In this document: in pieces, positions 59,356 through 64,000 of the stretch
Position numbering within the stretch: position 1 is the first letter of the stretch
Layout: every line of letters begins with the position of its first letter
Assembly: GCF_009914755.1 (NCBI RefSeq)
Contig: NC_060932.1
Origin: the human T2T-CHM13v2.0 reference genome, Homo sapiens
Direction: 5' to 3' (one strand)
Length of the DNA: 64,000 bases
Notes under the pieces: generated by a model
What the model was told of the DNA's origin: nothing
The model's input: the letters and a program-made list of their open reading frames with translations, nothing else
Database searches by the model: none
Made by a program: the position numbers and the translations under genes

Positions 59356-60471
59356 GTATGGCCATATTACTCTGATAGATGTGATCCATGTGTCTGTGTA
59401 CTGGTTTTTCGAAGCTTTATCAACATTTCAAATATTTTATTATTGCATCACCAGAACTATAACAGTGAGAAAAGGTATAGTTGTTTCTAGGCATGTTAAC
59501 GAAGCAGGTGTTTCCTTTGTGTCCTATCTTTGCATTAATTTTAAATAACCTTCACCACAGCTACAGTTTTTTTTCTGGGCTCTATCAGCTTTAATGCAAC
59601 GGCAGAAGCTTAAGCAACTGGTCATGAGAGGTCAAGTGGTTTACTTCTGTATCCCTTCCATGTACAAGAGACATCCATTTGATTCTCAAGAGAGCCAAAT
59701 AGGTCAGCCTCTTCAGCGATTCTAAAAGATTTCAAGAGCAGAGGCAGAAGTAGACTGGAATTTAGTTCAATTCATTTCTGAGGTTGCCCTAAGGTAGGCA
59801 AGTTAAATTAACTTTGTTTCTATGAAAACCATTGGAACTGATAAACTTGTATTATACTTGTAATTGTTTTATTAGGTAAGATGGTTCAAAATGCGAATGC
59901 CTTAACTTGGTGTTATAAAAGTTGAATCGGAAGGAAAATATGTAGAAGCTATTTTTAAGTTTTTAACTTATGTACAGCTCCTGGTTGTGCAAGATAGAAA
60001 GCTGTCCTAAACGAAAAGATTAGCTCTTTTGTTACTTTTTTTTGTGGTCTATGTGGCCTTTGTGCGAAAAGCAACTACCCTGGGTTTAACTTGTTCAATT
60101 ATTCTAGTGTTGCCTTTGTTCTAGCATTGAGTATGTTTCTGGTGCATAAGACACTCTTTCTTAAAGGTACTGGGGCCCAGTAAGTACTTGTTAGCTTTTT
60201 GTTAGGTATATGTCTACCATGATTATGCATATAGAGCTTTTATGAAAATTACTTTCACAATTTCAGCTGCCCTTTGGGCTTTAAGGAAGCAGTAGCTGCA
60301 GCCAAGACTGATTCAGTCAGACATTGCCCATGACTTTCACTAGACGTGTGCTCCATAGCCACCTTTCTGTGTGTTTCTCTAGGAGGTTGCTGTGTGCTAA
60401 GAAACTTTTTTTAAGCCTGTTGCTTTGCTGCCTAATTGAGCTCTCTCCACCTGCTTCCTGTTTTTCTGTAG

Positions 60472-60659
60472 CCATCAGAGGGTTCTCGCTTCAGCACAAG
60501 ATCCGGAGTTTTGAAGAAGCGCGAGGTCTGGACCGAATTAATGAGCGAATGCCACCCCGAAAGGATAGCATACACGCTGGTGGGCCAATGAAATCTGTAA
60601 CCTCAGCACACTCACATGCTGCGCACAGGAGCGACCAAGGGAAGAAAGCCCATTCATGA
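60472..60659 (+). CDS. PPP3CC: PPP3CC last coding exon: (A)[61 protein letters not shown], autoinhibitory domain
   Basis: tgtag| acceptor. AID motif [20 protein letters not shown] ends at 60659. Confidence 0.97.
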
Positions 60660-60709
60660 CTTAGAGTCCTGCCGTGGCTCAGGTGGATCTAAAACTCAAG
60701 AACAAATTC

Positions 60710-60724
60710 TATTTATTTATTATT
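60710..60724 (+). promoter_or_regulatory. AU-rich element (overlapping AUUUA; UUAUUUAUU nonamer)
   Basis: tatttatttattatt, about 50 nt after the stop codon. Confidence 0.55.
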
Positions 60725-60956
60725 GGAAAATGAAAAGCAACTCAAAACAACTTCAACCTGGAGGTGCATTTATAATTCAGTCTGCATTTATTCTGTAAAA
60801 AGGTGACTGTTTTATAAATTCTTTTAATTTATGTTCAATATATATAAAAAGTGCATCTGTTTTGTTTTTCCCTTTTTTCTCCATAATTTTAAGAAATGAA
60901 TCTGATTGTTGTCAACACATTTGTGAAGTCTTGTGCTATAAAGGGGAACTTCCCCT

Positions 60957-60962
60957 AATAAA
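60957..60962 (+). terminator. Polyadenylation signal AATAAA
   Basis: First AATAAA seen after the stop, with GT/T-rich sequence downstream (60986-61030). A second AATAAA lies at 61304-61309. Confidence 0.8.
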
Positions 60963-63474
60963 AGGGCCTTGGAAACCTCAAACCTGGGTTTCTGACTTGA
61001 ACTAGTCAGTCTTCATTATTGTTTTTTGGAAGGTAATGTCTTTCATGTAAGACTAATAACGTTTCAAATGCAAGAAGATTTTTTCCTTTTCATTTTTTTC
61101 CTTTTCTGCTGGGTGCCATTGAAGAAAGTCCTCTTAGATTTCAGTGGCTAAAAGTGCTTCCCTTTTGATGGGAAACTGGATCATAGTAGAACTTCAAAGT
61201 GAATAACCCAAATCCAGTGATTTTAAGGGCGAAGGGAAATGTTTTCTATAATAACCTACTTTCTCTGGACTCTCAGTTCGTTTAAATATGTTCTAGTAAA
61301 CAAAATAAAAAATAATAAGGGATGTTCTTAGATTTACTTAAAATGTGTTCATCTGACCATGGGCATGATTGGTTTAAATTTCCTTAGGACTTTGGAGGAG
61401 AAAGATTTTCAGAAAGCTTTCACAATTGCCAGATTATTTTACTTTCATTTTTGAACCCCAGGTGACTTCTGTAAAGGAAGTCACTTTCTAAATATTTGAT
61501 AAATGCCCTCAGCAGCACCTTCTACAACAAGATGTATATATGCCCTTCTAGGCTGTTGGCATCAGCTCTCGCATGTGCCTTCCCATCATCCTTCTGTTGT
61601 TCCCTGTCAGTATTACTGAAACCAGCTGGGGTAGTAGAAACTGACAAGAGTTCAATGGTCCCCTTGTGAATTGAAGGTCTTGCTAAAGAACATTGGATAA
61701 GTGAGGATTTCCTGTCTTCTATATCAGTTACTCTTTAGGTTGAATGGTATTTCAGCCTTCATTAGCATATTTTGGAATGCGAAAAGCAAGTGTTCAGATG
61801 TAGTGTGTGAATTATCTTCCCTTAGTTTGATTTTCAAGTCACAACCAACTAGTGAAGGAAATTTTGGGGCTACTTAGGCTCCCATTTTAACTAGCCTCAT
61901 CGCAGGAGCCGTGTCATAATAGTCATTGGTCAGCTCTGCAGTGAATGTACATGCCTGGGAACATTACATCAGAGCATGGAACGTGCACATTTATGGCATT
62001 CCTTAGTGTCATTTGTGATGCGGCAGTCTAGCACTAAAGCAAGTATTTCAGACAGTAATACTTCATATTGGGAGTTTCCAGGAAACCAGAAAAACAAAGA
62101 ACAACATAATTTTGGTGGTGTTTTTTTTTTTCCCCAAAAAACCATACTTCTCATTAGAAGAATGAAGACTTAGCCCATCTATCTCTGTTTTCCTATACCT
62201 TTTTTTCTAACAGTTTCTGATTTGTTTATGGCAGAAATCAAGGCACTCTTAGGGAATGGAATCTGCCTGCATAGATTGCTCCATTAATAAAAAGATAGGA
62301 AGGAGATAAAGGATCTCTGAATGGGTTGTGAGTAAAACCTGTGAAAGAAGGGGGGAAAAGTCTCTAGTAACTGTCTTTTCCTGATTGTTGTTGAACTCAA
62401 ATCGGGTATTAAGCACCTAGATATCCTTATGCTCCTTTCTCTTCCAATCCCAGGATTAGAAAAGATCCTGTCTTTGGAAATTTCACTGATGAAAGTCATT
62501 CCATGTGACAGACTGCAGAGCTGCTAGTACCTTATGCCTTTTCTCCTTTTCATTAAGGCTGTTACATATATACAATCCACAGGTAGAAACCACTCTTAGG
62601 GGCCTCCATAAGCAGGCAGTAGTAGAAATAGTTACTGTAAATCCTTATAAGCAAAAAATAATATTTTATTACGGATGATTATTTAGGAATGGCTTCACTA
62701 TTGTCTCAAAAAGCAGAATGATAAAGCAAGTTTCCTTGACAGAACCATCACAAAATTATATACAGTATTTCACTGGTTCCCTCTGAGCTGTGGAGGAATC
62801 AGCCAGAGTAGAGAGGTAGGTGGTCCTGGTTCAAGAAAACCTGAGTAAGTTTTAGAGCAGCACTAACTCTTAGAGGAGGTTAAGTTTGAAAATTCGGTTG
62901 AATTCTAAAGATAAAGTTATCCCTTCCGTTCTGTAGCTGTTTTAATGTAAACAACAACTTCCAAGATGGCTGGACCCTGCCCTGGGTTTGCTCGAAGACT
63001 ACTTTTCCTGTCTAGGGCCATGATTAAACAGACATTTTAATTGCTGTCAAAGTTCTGCAGTTTTGGTGTTTTCAAAGTCTCTTCTGTTTTATTGAATGTT
63101 TCCCCCTGTGTGTGCTAAAGATACTGGAAACAGTTACATTGTGTTTTCCTTCACAGGACCTTCCTTGTGGAAGGCCCACAGGGACCTTCTTTTTCTGCAA
63201 CTTCTCCCATTTAGGAAAACAAAAACAAAACAATTCCTCAGGCATGTCAGGACTCCTTTGTAAACTTTTCTGAAATGCCATTTTGAAAATGATGCTTCAC
63301 ATGGACCAGGTTTCTCACTTTTAGTGACATACATATCACAGGACATTTAAATCGATCAGATGATTATTTCTTTTACAAATTTGAAAACTCATCTAATGTA
63401 AGTTCAAAACATATATCCTTTTTTTATTTCCGTGTTCTGAATGTTTAGAGCAAAAGCAAAACAATAAGCCAAGG

Positions 63475-63477
<3 letters not shown>

Positions 63478-63514
<37 letters not shown>
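63478..63514. repeat. (TG)n microsatellite
   Basis: About 18 uninterrupted TG units. Confidence 0.97.
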
Positions 63515-63516
<2 letters not shown>

Positions 63517-64000
63517 CTTTAATAGAATGATAAAACAAAAATAGCCTCCGTTTTCCTTAAACTCTCAAGGTGACACTTTGGTTACAAGTAGAGGCATTGC
63601 TGATTTGCTGGTCTTTTGTGACTGGATATTGATTGGCAAGGTAAGAATTGCTTATCACACTCTGATGAGCTTGATACTGCTCCTTGCCTAGGAGTAAAAG
63701 ACTCAGCCTCTCCAGGAACATCAGTATTTTTTATGTCTTTCATTGCCTTTTTTGGTTCTTCCATGAACAATTCAATGAAGCAAGTTTCTCTCAATAGCAA
63801 AGATTTGCCTTCTTAAGATTAGCTTTCTTTGCCATCCTGATAACTTAGGGATGATTTCCTGACATTGTTCAAAATAGGAACAGAGAAACCCTTATTTGTT
63901 TTGTCAATAGACTATTATTGAATGTCATTAAGGAGCAAGGGAAGATTTTTAAAAATTGGATAATTTCGGGGCCTTTTTTGCCTTTTGGCATTGTCCCTTA

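Larger units (their letters stand above)
60660..60990 (+). other. PPP3CC: PPP3CC 3' UTR (3' end approximate)
   Basis: Lies between the stop codon and AATAAA at 60957. AU-rich. Confidence 0.8.

Noticed and set aside
59356-59375. Read-through of exon 13 into intron 13 (GMAILL*)
   Set aside because: Stops after six codons and I see no canonical PAS nearby; no support for an isoform.

Overview
Human genomic DNA, not microbial: it is Alu/L1-rich and contains a human-specific AluYb8. The window holds the 3' part of PPP3CC (calcineurin A gamma catalytic subunit, 8p21.3 from recall) on the + strand. It starts in intron 3 and runs through exons 4-14 (canonical numbering), the stop codon, 3' UTR and poly(A) signal. 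It includes two in-frame microexons (27 nt and 30 nt). Splice phases join all exons into one open frame. Intron 3 carries a BTF3 processed pseudogene nested in a Tigger3-type DNA transposon. The rest is ERV/LTR, L1, L2, MIR, DNA-transposon and Alu remnants; most ORFs in the supplied track are Alu/L1 artefacts. The most interesting observations are: (1) a 55-codon open read-through from exon 12 into intron 12 with an LxVP-like motif and a nearby poly(A) signal, resembling the CnA-beta1 isoform of PPP3CB; (2) a micro-inversion/deletion and tandem duplication inside the BTF3 retrocopy; (3) two locally templated insertions (111 bp and 25 bp); (4) microexon regulatory features, including a U12-like donor. 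Repeat subfamily names come from recalled consensus sequences and boundaries are approximate unless a TSD is given.
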